From: Candidatus Limiplasma sp.
GTDB lineage: Bacteria; Bacillota; Clostridia; Christensenellales; Aristaeellaceae
DNA: 64,000 nt
Direction of reading: 5' to 3'
Assembly (NCBI GenBank): GCA_963675365.2
Contig: CAXXVA010000002.1
Coordinates: 109,899-173,898 of the forward strand
The translations under genes were made by a program, and so were the position numbers. Shown in pieces: positions 35,818 to 44,952 of the stretch. The notes under the pieces were generated by a model. It was not told the DNA's origin and did no database searches. It saw nothing but the letters and a program-made list of their open reading frames with translations. Within the stretch, counting starts at the first letter, position 1. Each line of letters starts with the position of its first letter.

Positions 35818-37665
35818 ATGATACTGGATGGAAAGCTATGGGTAGGTACGGCGGCGCACGCGCCGGTATGCCTGGAACCGCAGATGGCCAACCGCCACGG
35901 GCTGATCGCCGGGGCGACCGGCACGGGCAAGACCATCACGCTCAAGGTGATGGCGGAAGGTTTTTCCGCCATGGGCGTGCCGGTGTTTGTAAGCGACGTC
36001 AAGGGCGATCTGTCCGGTATGGTCCGCCCGGGGGAGAACACCGACGCCCTGGCCGCGCGGCTGATCGCCACGGGCGTGGACCGCTTTTCGTTTGAGGCCT
36101 TCCCCACGGAGTTCTGGGACGTATACGGCGAGCAGGGGTACCCCGTGCGCACCACCGTCAGCGAGATGGGGCCGCTGCTTTTATCCAGGCTCTTAAGCCT
36201 CAACGAAACGCAGGCGGGCGTGCTGAGTATGCTGTTTCGCATCGCGGACGATGAAAACATGCTGCTTTTAGACCTAAAGGACTTAAAGGCCATGCTGGTC
36301 TACGCGGGCGAGAACGCCGACCGCTATACCCTGAACTACGGCAACATCGCCAAGGCGACCGTCGGTGCCATCCAGCGCGCCGTGGCGGTGCTGGAGGATC
36401 AGGGCGGCGACAAGTTCTTCGGAGAACCGGCGCTGGAAATCTCGGACTGGCTGCGCCAGGACGAGGAGGGCCGCGGCGTTATCAACATTCTGGCCGCCGA
36501 CAAGCTGTTCCGCAATCCCCTGATGTACTCCACGTTCCTTTTATGGGTGCTTTCCGAGCTTTATGAAACCCTGCCCGAGCAGGGCGACGGCGAGAAGCCC
36601 CGCATCGTGTTCTTCTTTGACGAGGCGCACCTTTTATTCAACAACTGCCCCAAAGCGCTGATGGACAAGATCGAGCAGATCGTCCGGCTGATCCGTTCCA
36701 AGGGCGTTGGCGTGTACTTCGTCACCCACAATCCCGCCGACGTGCCCATGAACATTCTGGGCCAGCTCGGCAACCGCGTGCAGCACGCGCTGCGGGCCTT
36801 TACGCCCATGGACCAGAAGGGCGTCAAAGTCGCCGCCGATACCTTCCGCCAGAACCCGGCGTTTGATACCGAAGACGTGATCACCAAGCTCGGCACGGGC
36901 GAGGCGCTGGTGTCGTTCCTGGATGAAAAGGGCGCGCCGCAGATGGTGACCCGCGCGCTGATCCTGCCGCCGCAGAGTATCATGGGCACCATTGATCCGG
37001 CGCTGCGCCAGACCTTTATCGATACCGGCGCGTTCGCCGGGGTATACGATATGCCTATCGACCGCCAGAGCGCTTACGAATACCTGGCCGCGTCCATGAA
37101 TTTGGGCCGTCAGGCAGCGCCCGCTCCCGCTCCGGTGGAGCCCGCCCCCGCGTTCACCGCCGTGCCCGTCGCGCCTGCCGTGCAGGCAGCAGCGCCGCAG
37201 GCACCTTCCTTCATGGTATTCGATCCCGCGACCGGCGGTTATCAGGCCCGGGAGATTCCGGCGATGGCCGTCGCGCAGGAGGCCGCGCCCGCACCCGCGA
37301 CCCAACTGGTGCAAAGCACGCAGCAGAGCGTGCTGGTGCTTGATCCCGCCACCGGGCAGTATGTGCGCAGGGACATGACCCTGGTGCTCGACCCCGCCAC
37401 GGGCCAGTATGCGCCGGTGCTTTCCCAAGACGAAAAGAAAGCCGCCGCGCAGGCGCAGAAGGACCGGCTTAAGGCACAGCGCGAGGCCGAAAAGGCCGAG
37501 CGCCGCCAGCACATGGACGATCTGCGCGAGGAGCGCGCCCAACGCGCCCGCAAGAACGACAGCATCTTAGGCCGCGTACAGAACACCGCCATCTCCACCG
37601 CCACCCGCACCGTGGTCAGCCAACTGACGCGCGGAATCTTAGGCGGATTGATTGGGAAGAAATAA
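35818..37665 (+). CDS. DUF853/YjgR (HerA-like) P-loop NTPase with repeat-containing C-terminal region
   Basis: [16 protein letters not shown] Walker A and [12 protein letters not shown] Walker B. C-terminal Ala/Pro-rich stretch with three DPATGxY repeats. Confidence 0.85.
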   Translation: MILDGKLWVGTAAHAPVCLEPQMANRHGLIAGATGTGKTITLKVMAEGFSAMGVPVFVSDVKGDLSGMVRPGENTDALAARLIATGVDRFSFEAFPTEFWDVYGEQGYPVRTTVSEMGPLLLSRLLSLNETQAGVLSMLFRIADDENMLLLDLKDLKAMLVYAGENADRYTLNYGNIAKATVGAIQRAVAVLEDQGGDKFFGEPALEISDWLRQDEEGRGVINILAADKLFRNPLMYSTFLLWVLSELYETLPEQGDGEKPRIVFFFDEAHLLFNNCPKALMDKIEQIVRLIRSKGVGVYFVTHNPADVPMNILGQLGNRVQHALRAFTPMDQKGVKVAADTFRQNPAFDTEDVITKLGTGEALVSFLDEKGAPQMVTRALILPPQSIMGTIDPALRQTFIDTGAFAGVYDMPIDRQSAYEYLAASMNLGRQAAPAPAPVEPAPAFTAVPVAPAVQAAAPQAPSFMVFDPATGGYQAREIPAMAVAQEAAPAPATQLVQSTQQSVLVLDPATGQYVRRDMTLVLDPATGQYAPVLSQDEKKAAAQAQKDRLKAQREAEKAERRQHMDDLREERAQRARKNDSILGRVQNTAISTATRTVVSQLTRGILGGLIGKK

Positions 37666-37666
37666 G

Positions 37667-37839
37667 TTATTTCATACGAACCCAAACCTTTTTCACCCCT
37701 ATCTTGCGTCGTCTTTTACCCGCGCTCTGTGTCGCGAGATCTCGACATAGCGCCGCTATGCCTTCGCTCTCGCTTCTTGACCGCGAATAAAATACTCGCA
37801 ATCTATCCGGCGAAAAACTTCGGATTCGCATGAAATATT
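37667..37839 (+). repeat. Family-A palindromic repeat, divergent copy R4a
   Basis: ATCTTGCG, core TCGACATAGCGCCGCTATG. Outer arms TTATTTCATACGAA (37667-37680) / TTCGCATGAAATAT (37826-37839). Confidence 0.65.
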
Positions 37840-37912
37840 CTAGGCTTAGGCAGAGATGTGGGGAAGGGTCTCCCGGATTTGCTGGCAATGAGCACGATCA
37901 ATCGTAAACAGC

Positions 37913-38075
37913 AGGCAAACGCTGGGGGGAGACCATGAGAGATGACGAATCGGATTTTTGTCGGATTGGGTTTGCGCGGCTCGAAGTCGTAGCAGCGCTA
38001 CGTCGAGGGCAGAGCGGGCCCAAGCTGGCGGAAATCAGAACGTCAGATCGCGTGGGCTATCATCAGCATTTGCCT
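37913..38075 (-). repeat. Family-A palindromic repeat, copy R4b (inverted relative to R4a)
   Basis: Core GAAGTCGTAGCAGCGCTACGTCGA. Outer arms AGGCAAACGCT (37913-37923) / AGCATTTGCCT (38065-38075). Confidence 0.8.
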
Positions 38076-38093
38076 GAAAAGAAGGGATAATAC

Positions 38094-38975
38094 ATGGCAC
38101 GATACCAGTATAAATACAGAAGACCGCAGAAGCGCAAGACGCGCATGGGACGGGTGCTGTTTGTGATTGTGCTGGTTTTGGCGCTTGCCTATCCGTTCTT
38201 CGAGGCGTTTCACATCAACGTGCAGGAGCACACCACAAGTCTGCAAAACCTGCCGACGTCGCTGCGCAACTTAAAGATCGTTTTTGTGTCCGATATCCAC
38301 CAGAACCTGTGGGACAGCCAGGCGCGCACCGATAAGATCGTCAAGATCATCAACGGTCTGAGCGCCGATCTGGTGCTGCTGGGCGGCGATTACGCATCGG
38401 ACCCGGACGGTGCCATCGCGTTTTTTGAAAACCTGCCGCTCATTCAGGCGCGGCTTGGTGCGTTCGGCGTGCTGGGCAACAAGGACCGGTCGGAATCCAA
38501 CGTGGAAAGGCGCAATCTCACCCAGGCCATGAAGGACGCGGGGGTCACCCCGCTGGTCAACGAAGTTACCTCCATCAAGGTGGGGCAGAGCACCCTGTAC
38601 ATCGCGGGTGTGGACGACCTGCAGACAGGCGGGGCGGACGTCGACACCGTCGCGGCGCAGGTGAGCGCGGATGATTTCGTGATTCTGCTTGGGCATAACC
38701 CGGAAATACTCGACGACGCGGTGAGAGCGCTGGATAAAAACGGCAAGACCCACTGGTACGATCTGGCACTGTTCGGGCATACGCACGGCGGGCAGATCGT
38801 GCTGTTCGGCACGCCGCTTCTGTACACCTTCAAGCAGGAAACGGCCTCGCGTTACCTGTCCGGCTGGATCAACGAAAACCGCGCGGAAATCCTGGTCTCC
38901 AACGGCGTGGGAACCTCGATTGTGCCGATGAGATTGTTTGCTCCGGCGCAGATACATCTCATCAGACTCAGGTAA
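38094..38975 (+). CDS. Membrane-anchored metallophosphoesterase (YkuE-like)
   Basis: VSDIHQ, GGDYASDP, GNKDR, GHNP, GHTHGGQ motifs. N-terminal TM helix. Confidence 0.85.
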   Translation: MARYQYKYRRPQKRKTRMGRVLFVIVLVLALAYPFFEAFHINVQEHTTSLQNLPTSLRNLKIVFVSDIHQNLWDSQARTDKIVKIINGLSADLVLLGGDYASDPDGAIAFFENLPLIQARLGAFGVLGNKDRSESNVERRNLTQAMKDAGVTPLVNEVTSIKVGQSTLYIAGVDDLQTGGADVDTVAAQVSADDFVILLGHNPEILDDAVRALDKNGKTHWYDLALFGHTHGGQIVLFGTPLLYTFKQETASRYLSGWINENRAEILVSNGVGTSIVPMRLFAPAQIHLIRLR

Positions 38976-39044
38976 CAAGCCGGCCCATAAGGCGCGATCT
39001 GCGTTGTCAGCTGTTGCGGCCCCGCCCGACATTCTTTGATACGC

Positions 39045-39095
39045 AAAAGCCGCGCATTGCGCGGCTTTTTATTGGAGTTCAGGGGCAGTGCCCCT
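39045..39095. terminator. Bidirectional terminator plus GC hairpin (family C module, copy 2)
   Basis: AAAAGCCGCGCATTGCGCGGCTTTTT (39045-39070) between convergent genes, then AGGGGCAGTGCCCCT (39081-39095). Preceded by family-B fragment GATCTGCGTTGTCAGC (38996-39011). Confidence 0.8.
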
Positions 39096-39129
39096 GATCA
39101 GGGTTATAGGGATGAAATCCTTATCATTC

Positions 39130-40884
39130 TTACTTTGCCTGGTTGCAGCTGACCACGCCGCGTTCGGCGTCGAGGGTCACGACTGCGCCGCTCTTTAGAA
39201 TCTTGGTAGCGTTTTTAGCGCCGATGACGATGGGCAGGTCGAGGCTCATGGCGGCGATGGCGCCGTGGCCGTTCAGGTCGCCGTCCTCCAGCACCAGCCC
39301 GGATGCCATGCGGATCAGGGGCAGCAGCGCGTTGGTGGTCTGGGAGATAACCAGAATATCACCTTCGCGGAAGGTATCCAGGGCTTCCTGCTCCGACTGG
39401 CACACGCACAGCGGCGCGCAGACGCTGGAATGGCTGATGCCGCTGCCCGTGACCAGGATATGCCCGACCACGTGTACCTTCATCAAATTCGTCGTCCCGC
39501 TCACGCCCAGGGGCACGCCCGCGGTCATCACCACGACCTCGCCGTCGTGCAGCAATCCGGCTTTTTCGCCCGCGTCCACGGCGTGCTCGAACAGGTCGTC
39601 GGTGTTGTAGGCCTCTTCCATCGCAAGCGGGATCACGCCCCAGCTCAGGTTCAGCTGGCGGCGGGTGGCCTCGTCCATCGCGCAGCAGATGATGGGACAG
39701 TTGGGGCGGTATTTGGAAATCATGCGCGCGGTGTGGCCGGACTTGGTCACGGCGATGATCGCCGACGCGCCCAGATCGTGCGCGCTGGTGACGGCGGAAT
39801 GGCTGATGGCGTTGGTAACGTCGGGGATGTGATTGCCCTCGCGTACCTGAAAGCGCTTGACATAGTTGATATCGGCTTCGGTGCGCAGGGCGATGCGCAC
39901 CATGGTTTTCACGGCTTCCACGGGGTACAGGCCCGCGGCGGTCTCGCCCGAGAGCATGATGGCCGAGGTACCGTCGTAAATGGCGTTGGCGACGTCGGTG
40001 GCTTCGGCGCGGGTGGGGCGGGGGTTGTGCATCATGCTGTCGAGCATCTGCGTGGCGGTAATCACCGGCCGCCCGGAGGAGTAGCCCTTATGGATGAGCT
40101 GCTTTTGGATGACAGGCACGTCCTCCAGCGGAATTTCCACGCCCAGGTCGCCGCGCGCCACCATGATGCCATCGGACACGCGCAGGATCTCGTCGATATT
40201 CTTGACGCCCTGATGGTTTTCAATCTTGGCGATGATTTTGGGGTCCTCGCCGTCCTCGCGTCCCAGAAGCTTTCGGATCTCCAGAATATCCTCGGCGCTG
40301 CGTGTAAACGATGCGGCGATGAAATCGATATGGTTTTTCAGCCCGAAGCGGATATCCAGGATGTCCTGCCGGCTTAAGAATGGAATGTTGACCTGGATGC
40401 CCGGCACGTTGATGTTTTTATGGTCGCTGACCAACCCGGAATTTTCCACGCGGCAGATGATATCCTCGCCGTCGATCTGCGTCACGGTCAGGGAGATCAG
40501 CCCGTCGTCCAAAAGCACCGTATCGTCCGGGTGCAGGTCCGCGTGCAGCGCGGGCCAGGTGATGGACACCTGCTGCGCGTTGCCGGGGACCTTGTGCGCG
40601 CATAAACGGAAAAGCTGCCCTTTTTGAAGCGCAACTTGCTTATTTTCAAACGTCCCGACGCGGATCTCCGGTCCTTTGGTGTCCAGCATGATCGCCACGG
40701 GCAGGTCCAGCTCGTTTCTGAGTCTTTTCACCCGTTCCATGGTCTCGCCGTGGGACTGGTGCGTGCCGTGGGAGAAGTTGAGCCGCGCCACGTTCATGCC
40801 CGCGCGCATGATGGCGCGCAGGATATCGTCGTCGGCGGTCGATGGGCCGAGCGTGCAGATGATCTTGGTTTTGATCAGCGTCAT
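39130..40884 (-). CDS. pyk: Pyruvate kinase with C-terminal PEP-utilizer mobile domain
   Basis: KIICTLGPST and MVARGDLGVEIP. A C-terminal extension of about 100 aa (GHILVTGSGIS...GGDLNGHGAIAAMSLDLPIVIG), as in Bacillus/Geobacillus PK. Confidence 0.9.
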   Translation of the reverse strand: MTLIKTKIICTLGPSTADDDILRAIMRAGMNVARLNFSHGTHQSHGETMERVKRLRNELDLPVAIMLDTKGPEIRVGTFENKQVALQKGQLFRLCAHKVPGNAQQVSITWPALHADLHPDDTVLLDDGLISLTVTQIDGEDIICRVENSGLVSDHKNINVPGIQVNIPFLSRQDILDIRFGLKNHIDFIAASFTRSAEDILEIRKLLGREDGEDPKIIAKIENHQGVKNIDEILRVSDGIMVARGDLGVEIPLEDVPVIQKQLIHKGYSSGRPVITATQMLDSMMHNPRPTRAEATDVANAIYDGTSAIMLSGETAAGLYPVEAVKTMVRIALRTEADINYVKRFQVREGNHIPDVTNAISHSAVTSAHDLGASAIIAVTKSGHTARMISKYRPNCPIICCAMDEATRRQLNLSWGVIPLAMEEAYNTDDLFEHAVDAGEKAGLLHDGEVVVMTAGVPLGVSGTTNLMKVHVVGHILVTGSGISHSSVCAPLCVCQSEQEALDTFREGDILVISQTTNALLPLIRMASGLVLEDGDLNGHGAIAAMSLDLPIVIGAKNATKILKSGAVVTLDAERGVVSCNQAK

Positions 40885-40906
40885 GTGCGCTCCTTTCGCC
40901 GTCGGG

Positions 40907-41365
40907 TCATGCGGTTTCGAGTTGCAAAAGCGCTTCCTTGATATAAAGGCCGCCGCCGTAGCCCACCAGCTTGCCGTTTGCGCCGATCACGCGGTGGCAG
41001 GGGATGAAGATGGGCAGGGGATTTTGATTGTTGGCCATGCCCACGGCCCGCGAGGCCTTCGGCTTGCCGATCTGCGCCGCGATACCGCCGTAGGACATGG
41101 TCTGCCCGTAGGGGATCGTTTCAAGCGCCTTCCAGACCGCCGTTTGAAAGGCCGTGCCGACCGGGTTCAGCGGCACGGTGAACGCCTTGCGCGTGCCGGC
41201 GAAGTATTCGCGCAGTTCCTGCGCGGCCTGCAGCAGCAGCGGGGTTTCCCGTTCTGTTTCGCCGTCTTTCCTATAGGCTTTCAGCCGCAGCTGTGTAAGC
41301 TTTCCGTCTTGTTCCGCGAGCGTCATATCGCCAAGCGGCGTGGAGACCGTCAGGATGTTCGTCAT
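40907..41365 (-). CDS. ogt: Methylated-DNA-protein-cysteine methyltransferase
   Basis: Start at MTNILTVSTPLG (ATG 41363-41365, ATGA overlap with the upstream stop). Active site IPCHRVIGANG. Confidence 0.9.
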   Translation of the reverse strand: MTNILTVSTPLGDMTLAEQDGKLTQLRLKAYRKDGETERETPLLLQAAQELREYFAGTRKAFTVPLNPVGTAFQTAVWKALETIPYGQTMSYGGIAAQIGKPKASRAVGMANNQNPLPIFIPCHRVIGANGKLVGYGGGLYIKEALLQLETA

Positions 41366-42504
41366 GCCATCGCCCCGCCTTTGTTCAGCGACAGGTAGAG
41401 CGAATAGGGGGCAAGGAACAGGATGGCCGAGCACAGCGCCAGCAGCCCGTAATCGCGGAAGATGTTCGTGGAACCGTCCAGCGAGAATTCGAGCATCACG
41501 CAGGCCGCCACGGCGATCAACGCCACAAACCAGGTGAGGATCAGCCGGAGGTTCGCGCCCTTCAGGCGCAGGAAAAACGCGAGGTATACGCCCATCGCCG
41601 CCAGGATGCCGACGCCGATCCCGATATGACCCGTTAAGTCGAGCATGTGGTTGATGGGGTTGATCATCATCCACAGGACCACCGCCATGATGGGCAGCAT
41701 CGTCCACGCGGCGGTCACCGCGTCGCGCGCGCCATGCGCCTTGCCGTAGCGGCGGCAGAACACGCCCAGGACGATTAAAATCGAAAGCAGCGCAAGCACC
41801 TGCTGGATGCGCACGAAGGAATAGATCATATGCCCGTCGCTGCGCATGCTTTCAAACACGATCTGCGCCGCGCCGTACAGCGCGAAAAACAGCATCGCCA
41901 GGTCGCCGCCGCGGCGGTTTTTTTTGCGCGCGAACAGGAACATGATCAAAAGCAGGATCAGCGCGAACACCGCTTCGTAGCGGAATACCGCCAGGCGGTA
42001 CAGCTCGATCGCGCCGAATTTTTCGGAGATAAACAGCATCGGCAGGCTCTGGGCCAGCGCGCCAGCTTCCACCTGGCGGCCGACGCCGAAGTTTTCCGTC
42101 AGCCCCTCGGCAAGGCGCAGCCCGAAGATCAGCAGAGGAAGCGGCAGGGCCGCCGCGTCCAGGAAGCTTCGGAAATCAAACTTATTGATCTTCGCGGCGA
42201 TCCCCGCGGCGAGTACGAGCCCCGCAAGCATTCCGGCCATGGAGTAACCGCCGTCCCAGAAATAGAGCATCTTCCCGGGCTGCTCGAGGACCAGGAAAAA
42301 GGTATTGAAGTTTGCCGCGCAGTATACGATGCGCGATACGATCAGCCCGATCGGCATACCGAGCACGCCGTACCATAAAACGGCGTCCGTGCTCACCTGC
42401 GATTTCCGCCGCTGGAGCAGCATCAGCCCGAGATAGCACAGCACGCTGATTCCCACGGCAAGGCCGTACAGAGAACCGGTGATGCCAAAGATGGTGAACG
42501 TCAT
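41362..42504 (-). CDS. lgt: Prolipoprotein diacylglyceryl transferase-like membrane protein with C-terminal extension
   Basis: Polytopic. YFWDGGYSMAGML resembles the Lgt GG motif. 380 aa is longer than a typical Lgt. Confidence 0.55.
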   Translation of the reverse strand: MTFTIFGITGSLYGLAVGISVLCYLGLMLLQRRKSQVSTDAVLWYGVLGMPIGLIVSRIVYCAANFNTFFLVLEQPGKMLYFWDGGYSMAGMLAGLVLAAGIAAKINKFDFRSFLDAAALPLPLLIFGLRLAEGLTENFGVGRQVEAGALAQSLPMLFISEKFGAIELYRLAVFRYEAVFALILLLIMFLFARKKNRRGGDLAMLFFALYGAAQIVFESMRSDGHMIYSFVRIQQVLALLSILIVLGVFCRRYGKAHGARDAVTAAWTMLPIMAVVLWMMINPINHMLDLTGHIGIGVGILAAMGVYLAFFLRLKGANLRLILTWFVALIAVAACVMLEFSLDGSTNIFRDYGLLALCSAILFLAPYSLYLSLNKGGAMA

Positions 42505-42518
42505 AATAGCCTACCCCG

Positions 42519-43556
42519 TCAGTTGTCGATCGCCGTTGCGAAGTAAATCACGTCGCTCAGGTCGCGGGTGGCATAACCGCCCTTGTTGGAAAGCATTTCA
42601 TGGTTTAGCACCATGATGGAGGAATTGCCGCCGTCCAGCGCGTAGGCCTGCGTGCAGCCGAGATTGTACATATATTCGGCAAGCTCCTTCACGCTCACGC
42701 CCGGGCTTTCGTCAATCCGCCCGTCCACCGTAACCACCACGTAGGTCAGCGGCGCAAGCTGCCCGATGGCGGTGCGGGGGTCCTCGCCGTCCAGGCCGAT
42801 GAAGTATTTATCCGGCATTTCCATCAGCTCGCCGTCCACCACCAGCGCGGGGCCGAAGTAGAAGGCGTTGATCATTTCATGCTCTTCCAAAAACGCGTTC
42901 ACGGCGTCTTCCTCGTCGCTTTTGGTACCGGTGTGCTGGATGATGTGAAGGTCGGAGTTTTCGTCGATCAGCAATAGATCGGTGCTGGGCGACGGTTTCC
43001 AGCGGTAGACCTCGCCCTCCCGCACCACGTAGCCGTTGCCGCTGCTCGTGCGGGTATAGAAATCCCCGTTGATCAGAAGCACGGCGTTCATGCCTCTGGA
43101 AAAATAATCAATGGGATGGCGCTCGCTTTTGTTGCTGCTCACGGCCGTGCGCAGCTGCGAGGGCGTTGCGATCTTGACATAGGCGACGTGGAAGGTGGAG
43201 TCGTACGCGCGGTCTTCGGTGACCTCCACGATGATGGTTTTGTCCGTATAGCCGTCCTGCGTGAAGTTATCCTGAATGGCCGCGCGGCCGGGCTCGTTCA
43301 GGTCAACGGGCAGATAGGCGATATCGTTGGTCGGCAGGATCGCGTCCATCAGGCCCGCGCTCGCCAGATAGCCGATTGCGCCGTCCAGATCATAGTCCCA
43401 GGCGTCGTCCTGGTCAAAATCCGGGAGGGTTTCATTCAGGTACCGCTGCTCGGCCTCGGGGAGGATGGCGGCGGAGGGTACGATAAACGTAAGCGACAGC
43501 GCCATCAGCACGGTAATGGCGGCCAGCGTAATGGTACGGCGTTTTCCAGTATTCAT
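42519..43556 (-). CDS. Phosphodiester glycosidase (DUF2233/NAGPA) family protein, membrane-anchored
   Basis: Start at MNTGKRRTITLAAITVLMAL (ATG 43554-43556). YALDGGNSSIMV motif. Confidence 0.7.
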   Translation of the reverse strand: MNTGKRRTITLAAITVLMALSLTFIVPSAAILPEAEQRYLNETLPDFDQDDAWDYDLDGAIGYLASAGLMDAILPTNDIAYLPVDLNEPGRAAIQDNFTQDGYTDKTIIVEVTEDRAYDSTFHVAYVKIATPSQLRTAVSSNKSERHPIDYFSRGMNAVLLINGDFYTRTSSGNGYVVREGEVYRWKPSPSTDLLLIDENSDLHIIQHTGTKSDEEDAVNAFLEEHEMINAFYFGPALVVDGELMEMPDKYFIGLDGEDPRTAIGQLAPLTYVVVTVDGRIDESPGVSVKELAEYMYNLGCTQAYALDGGNSSIMVLNHEMLSNKGGYATRDLSDVIYFATAIDN

Positions 43557-43662
43557 AGAGCGCCTGCCTTTCTCGGTCATTATCCGTATTATATAACAAA
43601 CATCGTCCATACTACAAGACGATTCAGGGCCGGCGATGATTGCATGATTGTAAATATAGCAT

Positions 43663-43698
43663 ATAAAAAACGGGCTTCCGCATATACGGAAGCCCGTT
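43663..43698 (-). terminator. Intrinsic terminator of the ECF-S operon
   Basis: 12-bp stem AACGGGCTTCCG-catata-CGGAAGCCCGTT, followed on the minus strand by TTTTTTAT. Confidence 0.8.
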
Positions 43699-43717
43699 CA
43701 GCCTGCCCATTAAGCCT

Positions 43718-43847
43718 CATCTGCGTTGTCGCCTGCGTGATGTCGCGGGCATCATGTACGTTCGTGTACACTCAACCCGTGCCACACCGGGCTTCTGGCA
43801 TCTAAGCCTTTTTGAACAGGCTGATGTACTTATGATGGATCAGGCGG
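43718..43847 (+). repeat. Family-B modular repeat, single full unit
   Basis: CATCTGCGTTGTC ... GCATCATGTACGTTCGTGTACACTCAACCC ... GGCATCTAAGCCTTTTTGAACAGGCTGATG ... GGATCAGGCGG is collinear with 16843-16978. Its end overlaps the stop codon of the ECF-S gene. Confidence 0.75.
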
Positions 43848-44400
43848 TTTTGCCGACGATCTTTTTGGGGAGCATCGGCAGCACGATGCCGCCCAGCACC
43901 AGCGCGACGCCCGCGGTGACCAGCTGCACCGACTGTGCGGTCGCCGCCGCCGACAGCGCGGCGGAAAACGCGAGCCCCTTCATGGACGTAAGCACCGTGG
44001 CCTGCCCCAGGGTGATCACGGCGAACTTCACCGCCGCGGCGGCTACGCCGGTTACGATCCAGCGGGGCCAGGATACGGAAAGCGAGCTCTTGTCTTTTAA
44101 GGCAAACAGCGCGTAGAACACGACCAGCACGGCGTTGCCGGCGATAACCCACGGGATCATCTGCACAAGAGACAGATGCCCCTGCGCAAACGCGATCAGC
44201 GGCGAGATCACCGCGACCGCAACCCCGCCCCAAAGCCCCACGGCCGTCGCGGCGACGATCAGGCAGAGGTTGACGAGGCTGCCGATGATGTAGGTGGTGA
44301 CGATCGAATCGCCAAGCACGAACCGAAGCTGCTGAAACACGATGGTCAGCGCGACCAGAAGTGCGGTCGCGACCATTTTACGGATATTCTGTGAACTCAT
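43840..44400 (-). CDS. ECF transporter S component (substrate unknown)
   Basis: 186 aa with about six TM helices. Size and hydrophobicity pattern fit ECF S units. No EcfA/T genes nearby. Confidence 0.65.
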   Translation of the reverse strand: MSSQNIRKMVATALLVALTIVFQQLRFVLGDSIVTTYIIGSLVNLCLIVAATAVGLWGGVAVAVISPLIAFAQGHLSLVQMIPWVIAGNAVLVVFYALFALKDKSSLSVSWPRWIVTGVAAAAVKFAVITLGQATVLTSMKGLAFSAALSAAATAQSVQLVTAGVALVLGGIVLPMLPKKIVGKTA

Positions 44401-44412
44401 AACAATAACACC

Positions 44413-44670
44413 TCATGATTTCTTTTTGGACAGCGCGCTTTTTACCTGCACGCCCTTTACGTTGCCGAGCTTGGCCGTCAGCGAGCCGATCGCAAGGTTT
44501 TCCCCTTCCACAATCAGGCCGATAACCGCCGATTGCGCGCTTGCGTCCGGCACGCCGACGCGCGCCTTGACTACGGCGGAGTACTCGCCGATAATGCGGT
44601 TGATCTCGCCGGCCTCCGAGCGGTCGTCCATCACGATCCCGATAAAGCCCAGCCGGGTTTCCTGGTTCAT
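44413..44670 (-). CDS. Small ACT/CopG-like regulator resembling the TM1266 family
   Basis: RLGFIGIVMDDRSEAGEINRIIGEYSAVVKARVGVP...IGLIVEGENLAIGSLTAKLGNVKGVQVK. Start at MNQETRL (GGAGGA-N7-ATG). The ORF is open to 44685. Confidence 0.55.
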   Translation of the reverse strand: MNQETRLGFIGIVMDDRSEAGEINRIIGEYSAVVKARVGVPDASAQSAVIGLIVEGENLAIGSLTAKLGNVKGVQVKSALSKKKS

Positions 44671-44922
44671 GTCATCTTCCTCCATGGTATCAAAAAAACG
44701 GTTGCTTGTGAAAAAAGCTAACCGCTGTCAAAAACGTATGCCGCCACAGGCGTTCCTCCTCTCTCTCTTCGCCTTTGGCCGTGCCTCGGGCGTCAACAGG
44801 GTACGGGAGTTTTGAATCGCATTCGCCCTTGCGGCTGTGCCACGCGGGGTTATGCCTGGTGCAAACGCCGGATCATATCCTGGTTCGGTGTTCGCGTCGT
44901 TTCCACTACATTGTTAATTATA
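44671..44922 (-). promoter_or_regulatory. About 240-nt structured 5' leader with terminator just before the start codon (unclassified attenuator or riboswitch candidate)
   Basis: Extended -10 TGATATAAT (minus strand, 44917-44925). Leader contains several GC stems. Intrinsic terminator CGGTTAGC-loop-GCAACCG plus U7 (plus coordinates 44692-44728). Confidence 0.5.
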
Positions 44923-44952
44923 TCACAAAGCCATACAAATGAAAACAGGATT

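Noticed and set aside
39130-40884. Pyruvate kinase C-terminal extension as a novel fusion
   Set aside because: A PEP-utilizer mobile domain fused to PK is a well-known Firmicute architecture (Bacillus/Geobacillus type) and is not novel.
44700-44922. Assignment of the ECF-S operon leader to a known riboswitch class (TPP, THF, cobalamin, preQ1, ZTP, yybP, T-box)
   Set aside because: Partial look-alikes exist (for example CGAACCAGGATATGATCCGGCG versus the TPP ACCTGATCTGGATAATGCCAGCG, and ACGCCTGTGGC versus the ZTP CCGCCTGGGC). They do not satisfy the conserved cores by eye, so the leader is left unclassified.
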